NCBI GenBank assembly: GCA_008632985.1
Contig: QPGO01000008.1
Span: forward strand, 228,979-292,978
Reading direction: 5' to 3'
DNA from: Psammoneis japonica
Lineage: Eukaryota
DNA length: 64,000 nt
Shown here: piece after piece, positions 11,880-24,390 of the stretch
How positions within the stretch are numbered: position 1 is the first letter of the stretch
Layout: each line of letters starts with the position of its first letter
Program-made: the position numbers and the translations under genes
The notes under the pieces: generated by a model
The model's database searches: none
Seen by the model: the letters and a program-made list of their open reading frames with translations, nothing else
Told to the model about the DNA's origin: nothing

Positions 11880-13471
11880 ATGGGTGACTGTCTTTATTAT
11901 ACAATTTACGCTCCATTTATCCTTGCGCCATTAGGTCTCATCAAGGGTATAGTTTTTGGTCTTCCAGCATGTCTGATAGCAACCGTCACGACGGCTTGCG
12001 TTGTGCTGTTCTTTTTGCCATACCATGTGATTCTTGCGGCTAAAGTCACGTGGACGACAGCATACGTTGGACCCAATGTACGCTTTCTGCTCTTGCTCTT
12101 TTTCCCATTGACCATGATTGTGTACCCCGTCGTTTTGGTTCTTGTTTCTTTTTGATTTGCTTTGGATTCAATGTGTTTGGTATTGGGGCATCCGTCTTTC
12201 GAGACGAATGCGGTGATGACGGAGAGCCCGGCATCTTGGAGCACTACAAGGAAACCTACGACTGGACCAAACAGGTTTACAAGTTTGCAAGAAACGAATT
12301 CCCTAGAGTAGCTCCTGACTTGTGCCACGTACCTCAAAACTGGGATGGCTCAAGATATGAGATTTCCTTTGCCAAGCTTGTCGTTGGTGCCATTCTACTC
12401 GTTTATGGCACCGTGGTGGGATTGGTCGTCATTTCAGTCATTGGAATACTAAAGTTCCCGTTTGCTGTCTTTCGTCTCAACAAGGAATACCTTCGACTGT
12501 GCTTCACGGAATGGGCCTTTTACTGGTTCTTCTTTGAATTGTTTGGGTTTGTCCTGCTCAATTGTCTGGTGGTCCCATTGGCCCTATGCGTGGCTCTGCC
12601 GATCTATGGCATAATGACGGGTATTCAGTGCGTTGGGGAAGCACTAAGAACGGATTCAATGAAAGAAGGCTTTCGGGAATGTCTTCGAATCTTTCGGGAA
12701 TTTGATCTGTATACGACCTGCCATTTCATTCTAGACGGAAGCAGGGATGAAGAAGACTGTTATTCTTGTATACCTGCTGTTTCAGATCGACGACCAACGG
12801 AAATCTATAGCGTAGAAAATACCAAGAACGATATGGACGTGATCTTTCAAAAGTTCGAGAAATTAGGTCTTGCCGTCACGAGAGAAGCTCTGAAAAAGGA
12901 ATGGATCCGAGAAGCGGACATATCTGATCTGGAACCGTTCCTCATGATTGGAATTCCAGGACTCACAGCCTTTAACATCATCCTACGGTCTGTTGAAGAG
13001 AGTAGAGGCAAAGCTGAAATCGTCTGTCAGTTAGATTCGCAAGAACAAGCTTTATACCACGGTTCGTCCAGCCAGGAAACCCAGAGAACAATCACGGCCG
13101 AAACAAAGCCCAATAATGGAATTGCATTTGTGTTTTGGCCAAAGATAATGAAAGCAAAGAGAGCACTAGAAAGCACAGGTGACAGCCTTTCAGAGAAAGA
13201 GATTGAATGGATGCGGTGTAAAATTCTGACTAACAGTGCGGACCATATTACGAAACCATCGGAAGAAATACTTGAAGGCATGAACGACGAAAAGAGACGG
13301 GGAGAACTCACGAGAAAAGTCATTAGTGAGTTTCAGTCACTAGCAATCGACACGTCAAGACTTGAGCGAGTTGGAAGGATGATCACGCATATTTCGGAAA
13401 GCATTAGTGGCACTGTTGAGAGTGACTCATTAGATGAAGAAGAGACTACCGGTACCGATGTAGAAGAGTAG
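11880..13471 (+). CDS. Uncharacterised multi-pass membrane protein
   Basis: Hydrophobic N-terminal ORF (GPNVRFLLLL) continues into a 473-aa ORF via a T-run frameshift near 12150. Confidence 0.65.
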
Positions 13472-13693
13472 GTTGTATTTCAAAATGATTTCTCCGACCT
13501 ATCTTCTATTCCAAACGTATAAAGCTTTCAACTGTTAGGGGAACTACCAGTATACTTTCCGTTGAGTTGTCGCAAAGCCAAAATGATAGGGCTACGTCAA
13601 CTACATCCAATCTGGCACAAGGCCACCTGCTCAACAGCGCTGTTGATTGCAACAAAGGAGATAGCACACAATCTCCAACGTAGGTATTCCATT

Positions 13694-14656
13694 TTAGATT
13701 ATCTCCAACACCGCATCCTTATACCCATACTTTTCTTTTTCAGAATCAAACAGATCTTGGAGGGTTTGCATGTAAGTCGCATGAAGGTTGTCGATTTGCT
13801 GTTGAGTGGGCTGCTCCACCTTTTGTACATGAATGGGAGGCCCACTTACTCCAGTTATCGGTACCCGGTACGGAAGCAGACCAAAGGATCCAGATAAAAT
13901 CATGATAGCGACACCGAATCGATCTGCAATCCATTGTCGTGTCGCCAATCCAATACTCCAATGATGGTACAAGTCTGTTTCTCCAAAGACATAAATTGGA
14001 ACAAGCGAACATCCGTGTTGGAGAGCAAGTTTGACAAAGCCCTTGCGAGATTGCAGAAAAACACGATGTTTGCCCCGCTCCGTTATAATTTGCTCCTTGA
14101 CTCCACCAGGACACAAAACTAAGGAAATGCCGTTTTGCAAAGCTCGGACAGCACATGGCTTTGACGCGTCAATGCAATACGACCACAGCCACATTTCTCG
14201 TATTACAGGTATTTTCAGAGCGGACGTCGCTGTAAGCACTCGAAATTCAATGCCTGGGAAAGCGGGTTCCCAGAAGTGTCGAGTACAATATCCAAACATG
14301 GCTCGGCTAAATGCCAGCCCGCCGTGCGGATGAAACGCGAAAATGTACTGTTGCTCGGTTGGAAGAGCCTTGGTTGGTTTGACTAGTCTTATTGGAAACC
14401 ATTGAAAGAGACGACGCCAGAGCCACAAATTCTCAAACTCTACCCAAGGCATTCCTTTTCCATCGACTTCACAGTGATATGAAATACCGAGCCACGCCAA
14501 GTAGATTGCCACCATGGTGCTTGCCGCCGCCCATTGCTCCTTCAGAAAAAGATAAATGGGAAGGCAGATACATGATGCAGGTAAGACCAGGTATGCGAGG
14601 TGAAAGATGAAAACAGTTACTGTCGTCGGCAAAGGGGGTGGTTCCGACGACTCCAT
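13694..14656 (-). CDS. DGAT2: Diacylglycerol/monoacylglycerol acyltransferase, DGAT2 family
   Basis: FAFHPHG, PGG..E, RKGFVKLAL and VPIYVFGE motifs. Confidence 0.9.
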   Translation of the reverse strand: MESSEPPPLPTTVTVFIFHLAYLVLPASCICLPIYLFLKEQWAAASTMVAIYLAWLGISYHCEVDGKGMPWVEFENLWLWRRLFQWFPIRLVKPTKALPTEQQYIFAFHPHGGLAFSRAMFGYCTRHFWEPAFPGIEFRVLTATSALKIPVIREMWLWSYCIDASKPCAVRALQNGISLVLCPGGVKEQIITERGKHRVFLQSRKGFVKLALQHGCSLVPIYVFGETDLYHHWSIGLATRQWIADRFGVAIMILSGSFGLLPYRVPITGVSGPPIHVQKVEQPTQQQIDNLHATYMQTLQDLFDSEKEKYGYKDAVLEII

Positions 14657-15136
14657 TGCCAACTGCACTTTTGGTGCTATGATTCTGATGACCCGTACAG
14701 CAGAGAGTGTGAGATCAAGAGATCAGATGATGATTGCTCATGGCTCATCAAGATGAGTGCGTGAAAGCGTGACGACTTCGTGTCAGCAAAATTTCAAATT
14801 GAAATTTGCCACAGAACAAAAAGAAAAAAGGAAAACGGCAGAAAAGAAAAGAAAAACGTCAAAATGTTTTTCCTCTGCGAATACTTCGAGACAAAGAAAG
14901 TGAAAAAAATAGCAAGGCATCAGCATCTATCGCACCGCCCAACCAAAAAGCAGGGGCGACCAGGCGACGTCGTTGTTGTGGAACTTTGTACTCTGAACTC
15001 TCTACTAGGGCCCTTATTTTCATCGCTGCGGTACCGTGTTGTCGTCAGCTTCCGTAACCTCCTTGTCGATACGCTGTATGTTGATGTCTCTCTGTTGTAG
15101 TGTAGGTCTGATTTGCTCTAAAAAAAAGCAAGTAAA

Positions 15137-17795
15137 ATGAGGGGCGGTGGCATGCAAATCATCACCTCGTTAGAGAGGGACGAGAAAAAGCTCCGAGGCG
15201 AGTTAAATCAAGCCATGTTTCCGAAGGAACGTACTCTCAAGTTAAAGAGTCATTGGAAAGAGATGTTGCAGGCTGACAAATACAAATGGGAGGCGATCTG
15301 CCGCCTTGGGATCTCCTATCTGGCTGCATTCATCATGTCAATCGCGACAATCCCCAGTGTTGTGCCTCCATCCTATCAGTACCTCGTGGCCATTCTTGTT
15401 TTGTGCTTTTGCTCGCTTCCTAGGGTGTTGTTCACGATTATCGGAGCCTTTCCTACCGTTTTCGTTGCAACCATCCTTATCCTCGGGTTTGCTACCATGG
15501 TGCTGGCGGCTGCCTCGGTCTCTGATGGAGTCTTGATGCTTGTCTTTTCCCTCTATGCCTATTGGACGGTCTCTGTCTACTTTGGTGAAAAATATAACAA
15601 AACGTGGTCAATGGGGCAGAACTTATTGGGTGTTGTGGCCTTACTCGCGTTGGGAGTGCGACCCTTACTAGCCCAGGTGCCTCAGGATCAAAGACTTCAG
15701 CTGGTCAATGAGCTGTGGAAGCAGCAAGGAACTGAGAATCCTCTTGCCGTTATGCGCAACATTCTGATCACGGTGTGTTGGGCGGTTCTTATTGTCATGG
15801 TATCCATTCTCTTGCCACCGTACCGCACTGCACGTTCTAGTATTGCCATGGAGCTACTTCCCGTCTTGTTGAAGCAGACCGTGGCTGTCATCAATGGAAA
15901 ACTAGATAAGGATTCATTGGTGGTGTCTTCAGATGTATTGAAACAGGGACAGATTGCAGGAATGGCTCTATTTGAACCGCCGCCACTCGGATCCCAACAT
16001 GGCTTTTTGGTCGCTGAGCTTGGGGCGTTGGTTGCCGGTACGGATAAGGTGATCCTTTCGCCATTGCTGTTAAGACTGCTATTCAAGAGAACTATTTTCC
16101 AACGGAGTACATGCGAACTGACGAAGGCGATGATGATGGTGCATGTGAGCTAGCAACGTCCGCTCTCCTTATGGATATCGCAACCGCTTTGGGGTCAAAA
16201 GCGACATCCAGTATGGTGTCGTTGAAGACGCAGATGAACGGTTTGGTGACAATCCTTTTTTCCCGCTTTATGAAGAAGCTGTGGCTTTGCGACGAGTTGC
16301 TCTGACGTGGTTACACGCATTCCATCCCCTTTACAATGACAACGTCGCTACGCAACCGCCTTTCAAGGATCGACTTTCTACCTTTGTCAAGACCAAACTC
16401 AAGATCTGGATTGCAGCCCCGTTTGTTGGCGTTCCATTGACCATGGCCGTGGCACTCTTGGAGCCTCTCCGTCCAAAGACATGGAATCTCAGGCATTTTC
16501 TTTGGAAGTTCAAGCGCACTGCTGGTGCAGTTGCCTTGTTCGCTATGTCTATCTACTGGGAGGAGTACGCTAACTTTGCCATCAATCGAGATGATTGGCG
16601 ACTGGGAGCGGTCTACTACGGATGGGATATGCTTGGCTACTGTAACTCTTGGCGCCCGTCAATGGAAGGTACCTTTAAGAAGGGTTTACAGAGGCTTCTT
16701 GGCGCTGCATTTGGTGGATTCCTTGCGTGGCTTGGTTGCATCATCTGCAGCGCTTCCTATTCCGATGATGCGTCCATCAACCCATACGGCCTGACAGCCT
16801 ACTTGACTATCATTTCAACAGCAGTGACCTTTCTGATGTTCAAGAAAGGTCTGAGCGCTCGATTTGGTGTTGTTTTTGATACGTTCTATTTTTGGATGTA
16901 CGTGATTGTGAACACCGCTCTGTTATCAATTGAAGTCTTCCTTGGTCTAGGATCAAGAGATGGTCTCGTCGTCAATCGAATTGTTGCAACAGCCACTGGA
17001 GTGGCCGTGGCGTGGCTCATTGCGGCAGTTCCGCCCTTCGAAAGAGGTGGTAGCACAAAACATTCCTTCGAATGTCTGTTGGTCTTGAAGGACTCATTTG
17101 TGTCTCTCCTAAGAACCTTTGAATGCGAGGACGACTGGAATGCACTGGATCCCGTTGTCGCAACGACCATGTTTGTACATGATGCACAGGAAAAGCGTGA
17201 CTATGCCGAGTTCCTCCGAGATGATGCAAGTTTGTATGATACGATTCTTGGCCTGTACGCCCCGAACCTGACGGTTCACGCCGGGTTGAAACCACTTCTA
17301 GCGGATGTTCAAGTGACGATTACCCTTCTCGGCATGCTTATTGAGATTCTCGCAATTTCTAAAGATGTCGAGAAAGAAAAAGTCCGGCGGGTGGTTTCAG
17401 AAATGCTGGAGGTTGGACTTGACAAGGCCTTTGACGAGGAGTCGGAGACAACACCTAGCATCACTGATATTTCGGGTAGAGCTCTTCTTCTAGTTCGCGT
17501 AATCAGCGATCGCTTAGAAAAACACAAACGTGCATTGGATGCAATCGATAGCTCAACGAACAATGTCTTACTGGCAGAAAGGGTCAGTGCTCTGGAGCGA
17601 GAAAGGATCGAGATATCTAGAGAGTTAGCAAAGCTCAGAGCAGAGGCAGAAGAAAGACACAAGCGTCATCACCAGCCACACCACAGTCTCAGTCATGCCA
17701 AAGATCGACCAGAAAATGAAAGTAACACCATCCATGATGACGAGGATCGATGCAGACAGGCGGGGAGGACAAGTGCAGACACGAGTTCCACGTGA
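15137..17795 (+). CDS. Large membrane transporter, FUSC/ALMT (aromatic acid exporter)-like; frameshifted
   Basis: Two hydrophobic halves with GTFKKGLQRLLGAAFGG and NRIVATATGVAVA patterns. Frameshifts lie between about 15980 and 16290. Confidence 0.55.
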
Positions 17796-18230
17796 AAAAA
17801 GTAGCAATGGTTTGCTTTTAGTCAGTCACCGATCCGTGAACCTGTTCGAAGCATACAATATGTTATGCGGCTTCTACAGCCAGGGAAATACTGCCCCATT
17901 GTATATTCTTGTTCCTATGTATGGTTCCGCCATATGCAGTTTGCTGCTTTCCTTCTTGTGTGTGTATTGAATAACATTCTCACCAAAGTTCGCAAAATGT
18001 GAGCACCACAACGCACATTTTTATGTTGAAGTAAGTTCCGTATAAAATACATAATATATATTTATAACCATACTTTTAAGTATCTATTAATTTATCCGTT
18101 CCAATCGCTAAACAAGATGGCGAGTCGGCCGTGACGCCGCACCTCACAAATCGCTCATCACTTTCTCACACAAGTGCAAAACAAAACAAAAACACTGAGA
18201 CGTTGACCTTTTATTGAAGAGTATTCCGCC

Positions 18231-18944
18231 ATGGCAGCAGTAGCAGCTTCTTCGAAACGAGATGAAGTCATATCCCAGATGCAAGGGTCGTTGAGTCGGT
18301 ATTCCCGCGCTAACGACAGGAAAATGGTATTGAGATCTCTCAACGAAGTGAAGTATCTCATGAACGTTCCCCTCGAGCCAATTCAACCTTCCAATGGACC
18401 AGACGTCGCCGCTTTGGAGGAAGAGATTTCGACTGAGCTCGTCAATCTTAATGGCGTCTCGTTTCGTGCTCTTTCTGCAAGTGACTTTCTTAGGACCAAC
18501 AGACTCAGTGACAGTCTCGTGACGTTGAAGAGCTTGTGCGAGAAACTTTGCAGCATCGACGGCGTCACTGTCATGCCTGATGATTTGTATTATTGCCTCC
18601 TTCAACGCATGTCTCGATCCACCGCCTCTGCTGATGGCTACTTCAAGCTGAATCCGTTGTTGGGGTCGAGTGACTTGTTGGTCATGCCGACGGACGAAAA
18701 CGACTCTTCTCCCATCTACGTAACTCTGTACGTCTCTGCGGGTGTGGTTCATGCCACTGTGGAAACAACGAATGCCTACGGCCTCTTTCGCAAAGCTGAT
18801 GTAAAGCCCAAGGACATGCACAACGGTTCCATTGGAGGTCGCCCTTGGATCAAGGTTCAAGGAGTAGTCCATGAACGTATCAACTGCACCAGCGGCCAAT
18901 CTGTCCGCGCGCTCAAGGTCAAGGTGCCCAAAAACTTGTATTAA
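18231..18944 (+). CDS. Hypothetical protein
   Basis: 237-aa ORF with coding-like composition, a good ATG context and an AT-rich downstream region. Confidence 0.65.
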   Translation: MAAVAASSKRDEVISQMQGSLSRYSRANDRKMVLRSLNEVKYLMNVPLEPIQPSNGPDVAALEEEISTELVNLNGVSFRALSASDFLRTNRLSDSLVTLKSLCEKLCSIDGVTVMPDDLYYCLLQRMSRSTASADGYFKLNPLLGSSDLLVMPTDENDSSPIYVTLYVSAGVVHATVETTNAYGLFRKADVKPKDMHNGSIGGRPWIKVQGVVHERINCTSGQSVRALKVKVPKNLY

Positions 18945-19141
18945 AAAGAGACTTGCGTGCAATGAATCAACACATGAATTGCTATACCGTGGCATCATAA
19001 AATTTTGTTCCCGCAAACAGAATGACAACTTGAAATGCATAAAATAGTTTAATAACTGAAGGAAAGTAATTATATGCCTATTGAAGCACAAGTTGATCCT
19101 GAAAAGAGTATGGATACTGGTATTCTATTCCATCCTGCCGC

Positions 19142-20446
19142 TTACCTAGTGCGTTCTCTCTTCGTCTTCTTTTCATTGTATTCCTGCTCCAACTCCGCGA
19201 ATCGCTGTCGTACAACATAGTGAAAGAGATGTTTGTCTCGATCGTATTGGTGCACCACAGGACTCAACGTGCCATCCCAATTGAACACTTGGTGAGTCGT
19301 TTCATTGTAAATGCCTCCCTCCCATTCCGATAATGGCTTTGTCCTCATGGCACCAACATTGTTGATTGCGCCCTTGCCCTGTTCCCAAAGCTCCATCCTC
19401 TCAATGGTTTTCGCGTTTTGTAATTTGCCAGTCCAGTACAAGTAGTTGTGATAACCTTGGTCGGCCCCCGTCATTCTGAGCCCCGTTTCATCAAACTCAT
19501 TCACCATGGCGCGCAAATAACTTTCGAGTGCCACTTTTTCTCCCATTGTGGATCCGGAACATATTGTTGGTTTGTCTGCCAATGCCTGCAAAACAGATCC
19601 TCCATAGGCGTGCAAGAGCCAATTTCGGTTCTTGCGCGACTGCCCCAAGCGTGTCGCTTCTGCATTCTCTCCAAAAAACCAAAGTCTTCCGCTCGTTGCA
19701 GAAGATGCTTGCCGTGGTACCGTGGCAAAGGGATTTGTTTGAAAGAAAGAATCGCGAGCGTCCAGCAACATGATCCACGAGTTGGGATTGTAATGTTGAC
19801 TCCAAATCCAATACAATTCATATCGCAGGGTTGCAACCGTACGTCCGATACGAGCATCTAAAACCGGCGTAAGATCTCCCTTTTGATCAGCAACAGCATA
19901 AGCGTAATCCAACTTGCACATTTGAAAGATATCCAGACTGCCTCGTGTCATGAGACGGGGGGAAGGCGTGATTTGATCCGGCTCGTAGCAAGAGAGGTCT
20001 GCCAAGTAAACAACCACATTGGGCTGACTGGATAAGTATTCTTCTACTTGAGGCTTCAGTAACGACCGCGAGGCAATACAAAAGACGATATCACCGTCAA
20101 ACCCAGTGTCGCGCAGTGTCTCAACAAACATCAAATAATAATTCAACGTGTATCCCTCAGCATACGCAAATACAGCGTCAGTTTCTTTACGGTGAGAACC
20201 AAATTCAGGCTTCAGATTCACCACAGCATTCGGCCCATTGAAATGGCTTGGCTTGGGAAATACTGTAGGGCCCAGAACGGCGATTTCATCCACGAGAGTC
20301 CATAAAGACGGCTGCTGCTCTTGACGTTGTTCTTCTCCGTAAACCGACAGAGACAACGCAAACAGCAATAGAAAGCATAAATATAACTTAATACTCCGTC
20401 TGCGATACAAGTATGGGCTTCTGGCGCCGTTCCTGTGCTTCGTCAT
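19142..20446 (-). CDS. Type II membrane glycosyltransferase-like protein
   Basis: N-terminal TM anchor, LLDARDSFFQ, ICSGST, DQGYHNYL and VVHQYDR motifs. Confidence 0.7.
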   Translation of the reverse strand: MTKHRNGARSPYLYRRRSIKLYLCFLLLFALSLSVYGEEQRQEQQPSLWTLVDEIAVLGPTVFPKPSHFNGPNAVVNLKPEFGSHRKETDAVFAYAEGYTLNYYLMFVETLRDTGFDGDIVFCIASRSLLKPQVEEYLSSQPNVVVYLADLSCYEPDQITPSPRLMTRGSLDIFQMCKLDYAYAVADQKGDLTPVLDARIGRTVATLRYELYWIWSQHYNPNSWIMLLDARDSFFQTNPFATVPRQASSATSGRLWFFGENAEATRLGQSRKNRNWLLHAYGGSVLQALADKPTICSGSTMGEKVALESYLRAMVNEFDETGLRMTGADQGYHNYLYWTGKLQNAKTIERMELWEQGKGAINNVGAMRTKPLSEWEGGIYNETTHQVFNWDGTLSPVVHQYDRDKHLFHYVVRQRFAELEQEYNEKKTKRERTR

Positions 20447-20556
20447 GGTGAGTGGACCGGATGAAAAGTGAAAAAAATAATGGTGCGATCCGCGGCGGTC
20501 ACTCTGTGACCATCGTCCGTCAGTCGTGCTTAAATCCGTGTGTCATAAACGCTCCA

Positions 20557-20855
20557 TGGCGACTGTGGCAACGTTGGCAACTCTGGGCAGTTTTAGCAAC
20601 TTTGATGACACACTTTGGCAAGCAACTTCGGCAGTTCTGGCAGCTTGGGCAGCTTGGGCAACTTTGACAACTTTTGCAGATTTGGCAAGGACTTTTTTGA
20701 AACTTTCACAGCTTTGGCGCATTTGGTGGCTTTGACAGCTGCTGCTTTCACAGCAGCTTTGGCAACTTTGAGGCAATTTTCTTGGCAACTTTGAAAGCTT
20801 TGGTGGTTTTGGCAGCTTTGGTGATTTTGGCAACTTTGGAAACTTGGGTGACTTT
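20557..20855. repeat. Degenerate 9-bp tandem array (consensus about TGGCAACTT)
   Basis: Repeated ggcaacttt/ggcagcttt units that read as PKL/QSC repeats in the ORF track. Confidence 0.85.
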
Positions 20856-21983
20856 GAAGAGAAGAAGGCTTGACAACTGCAGAGTGGCATTCTTGGCATG
20901 GTGTGCTCTGGCTGCTGGTCACTCTTTGTTTGTTGTTGCTCCTCTCGCTTTTGGAAATGGTGCGCCATGCACAGCATGACAAAAAGGATGATGTCATGAC
21001 TCAAACAGACAAGGGCCCAAAGCTCAAAGCTTCACAAGGATGATCAAGAAAAAAATGCCAAGACAGAAAAGTTGGGCATGTTGCACGTCTGCAATGTTCT
21101 TGCTCTCAACAAGAAGATGCGTGATTCACAAGAATCAAAATTTTCACAGACCTGTGACTGCACTCTAAGCAGGTGTCACATTTTTTTTTCAAAAACCAAC
21201 CTGGGTTGTCACTTCCACCATTTTGAACAATGTTCTGATGCTGGCTCATTTGCAGTCACAAATCTGGCTGCATTGCCAAGTTCTTGTGCTTGCCTCAACC
21301 TTGTCACACCACACATGACAATTTGACAATTCCAACTTCAACCTGGATCGCAGCATGGGGGTCAATTCAGCTGTGCACTTCATTCAACACCACTTTGAAG
21401 CTGTCAATTGACAATGAACATGCTGCAAACAGTTGTTGGGGTGCCAAGTCTCATCTGGGCTGAGGTCAACATGGTGGCAGTTTGATTTTCTGTTTTTGTT
21501 TTGGTCCACGATGCTTGTGCACTGCACTCTGTTTTGGCTGTGGAAGTGGATTTCTGCCAGTGAGCACCAAATCTTGTCTGCTGTCTGTTGCAGAAGATTG
21601 CAGAGAGTTGCTTTTGGATGCCATGCTTGTCCAAGTGCTGGTGCCAATGTGCTTGCTGAACAGAAGGATGAGAAGTGTTCTCCATGCACCCAACTCCAGG
21701 ACCCAGACTGTGTGGGCGGCAGTTGCAACCAAGAGAAAACATTTTTGCCACAAAGGATCACTCTCAGTGCACAACTCATGCAGCAGCAGGACAGCTTGAC
21801 AAGGCTGCAAGCCTTCAAAAATTGTGTGGCATGCAATTGAAGAAGCTCAAACTTGATTTCTGAATCACATCCCAGCCAGCTCTTCCATGAGATCCATTCT
21901 TGCTTGCTGAACTTTAGTTCAGAATGAAATGGAGGGTGGCTTGAACATTCATTGCTCAGCAACCAAACCTTTGAATGAGCAAC

Positions 21984-24390
21984 TCTGGAGTTTGGAAATT
22001 GAAATCTGCTGCTGTTGGGAATGGGCCACAATGCCACAAGACCAACCTTGCAATGCTCAGCCATGGCTCTCAATGCATCATCTGGGGTCCACCAGATGCT
22101 CTGCCAATGTCCTCAGCTTGCTTTTGTCTGATTCAGTTGGCTGGTGCTGTTGTGGGGTCACTTCATTCTGGAATTTGGAAGTTCAAGTCTGTTGCTGTTG
22201 GAAACAATGTGACATGGGGACACAGCACTTCAACATCCTCAACCTTGCAATGCTCAACAACAGCTCACAAAGTCTTGCCTGAAAGATGCCAAAGACCGCC
22301 AATGCCCTCTGCCAGCAGTCATCTGGTTGGTTGGTCCATCATGGGATCTCTGGAGTCAGGAAAGTCAAGGCTGCTGCTGTGGGGGACAAGGTGACATCAT
22401 GGGGCCACAACATCACAAGATCAACCATGCAATGCTCAGCCTCAGCAGCTCTTAAAGTGTCGCCAGGGGACCACTGGAGACCAGCAGTGTGCTCTGCTGG
22501 CAGCAGTTGGGTTGGTTGGCACTGTCGTGGGAATCTTGCACTCTGGAGTTGGGAAGTCACGTCTCTGCTGCTGTTGGGGACAAGGTGACAGGTGCCCACA
22601 ATGCCACAAGATGCCCCTTGCAGTGCCCCGACACAGTTCTTTGAGTGTCCCCTGTGGGGTCCACCCAAGATCAGCAGTGAGCTCTGCTGGCAGCCCAGTT
22701 CTTGGGTTGGTTGGCACTGTCATGGGATCCTCTTTGTTGCACTCTGGAGCTGGAAAAGTCAAGTCTGCTGCTGCTGTTGGGGACAAGGTGACATGAAGAA
22801 ACAGTGCCACAAGATCAACCTTTTGGTGCTCAACCACAGTTCTTAAAGTCACACATGGGGCCTGCCAGACACCGCCAGTGCCCTCAACCTGCAGCAGTTG
22901 TCAGGTCAGTTGGCATCATCATGACAGAATCCTTTCACTCTGGGGTTTGGAAATTCAAGTGTGCTGACCACAAGATTGGCTTGCAATGCTCAACCCCAGC
23001 TCTCCAAGTGTCCTCTGAGGTCCACCACACACAGCCAGTGTCCTTTGCTTGCTGTTGTCTGGTTGGTTGGCACTGTCATGGGGTTCTTTCAATCTAGAGT
23101 TTTGAAGCTCATGTCTGTTGCTGTTGGGGACAAGGTGACATGGGGGCACAACACCACAGGATCAACCCTTTTTTGCCTGGCCACAACAGCTCTTGTTGGA
23201 GAGTCCCCTGAAGTCAACCAGAGACCACCAATGTGCTCTGTTGGCAGTTGTCAGGTTGGCTGGGGCACTGTCATGGGATCCTTTCAATTTTCTGGAGTTT
23301 GGAAGCTCATGTCTGCTGCTGCTGCTGGGGACAAGGTGACATGGGGGGCCAACACCACAAGATCAACAACTTTGCAATGCCCAGAGCCACAGCTCTTGTG
23401 GCATCCCTTGGAGTCAACCAAAGACCACCAGTGTGCTCTGTTGGCAGCTGTTGGGTTGGCTGGTGCTCTCATGGGATCCTTTCAATCTGGAGTTTGGAAG
23501 TTCATGTGTCTGCTGCTGATGGAGACAAGGTGACATGGGGCCACAACACCACAAGATCAACCTTGCAATGCCCAGCTGCAGTTCTTGGAGTGTCCCCAGC
23601 AGCCCACCAGAGATCACCAGTGTGCTCTGCAGACAGTTGTTGGGGGGTGTTTGGTGCTGTCATGGGGTCCTTTCCATCTGGAGATTGGAAGTTCATGTCT
23701 GCTGCCATTGGGGATGAGGTGACATGGGGGCACAACACCACAAGATCAACTTTTTCCAAAGACCACTGGTGGGCTCTGTTGGCAGTTGTTGGGGGGTGTT
23801 TGGTGCTGTCATGGGATCCTGCACTTTGAAGTTGGGAAAGTCAAGTCTGCTGCTGTTGGGGACAAGGTGACATGGGGCCACAATGTTGCAAGATCAACCT
23901 TGCAATGCCCAACGCTCAACCACACTTCTCAAAGTGTTGCCTGGGGTCTGCCAGACACCGCCAGTGCCCTCAGCTTGCTGTTGTCTGGTGGGTTGGCGCA
24001 CTGTCATGGGGTCCCCATTCAATCTGGAGTTTGGAAGCTCATGTCTGCTGCTGTTGGGGACAATGTGACATGGGGCCACAACACCACAAGATCAACCTTG
24101 CAATGCCCAGCTGCACTTTTTGGAGTGTCCCCAGCAGTCTGCCAGAGATCACCAGTGTGCTCTGTTGGCATTTGTTGGGTTGGCTGGCACTGTCATGGGT
24201 TCCTTTCAACATGGAATTTGGAAGTTCATGTTTGCTGCTGTTGGGAACAAGGTGACATGGGGGCACAACACCACAGTGTCCTGTCACTCTGGAGTTTTTT
24301 GGAGAAGCTCATGACATTTGCTGCTGCTGAGGACAAGATGACATGGGGCCACAACATCAACCCAAGATCAATCTTGCAACTCCCAACAAA
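21984..24390. repeat. Diverged tandem repeat, ~190-200 bp unit, ~13 copies
   Basis: The core ctggagtttggaag-tcatgtctgctgctgttggggacaaggtgacatggggccacaacaccacaagatcaaccttgcaatgc recurs. Anchors lie near 22381, 22577, 22780, 23126, 23327, 23521, 23711, 23858, 24056 and 24244. Confidence 0.9.

Noticed and set aside
18144..19091. 315-aa minus-strand ORF
   Set aside because: It is the antisense shadow of the 18231-18944 gene.
21984..24390. CRISPR-like array
   Set aside because: The whole ~195-bp unit is repeated and diverged, there are no unique spacers or cas genes, and the context is eukaryotic.
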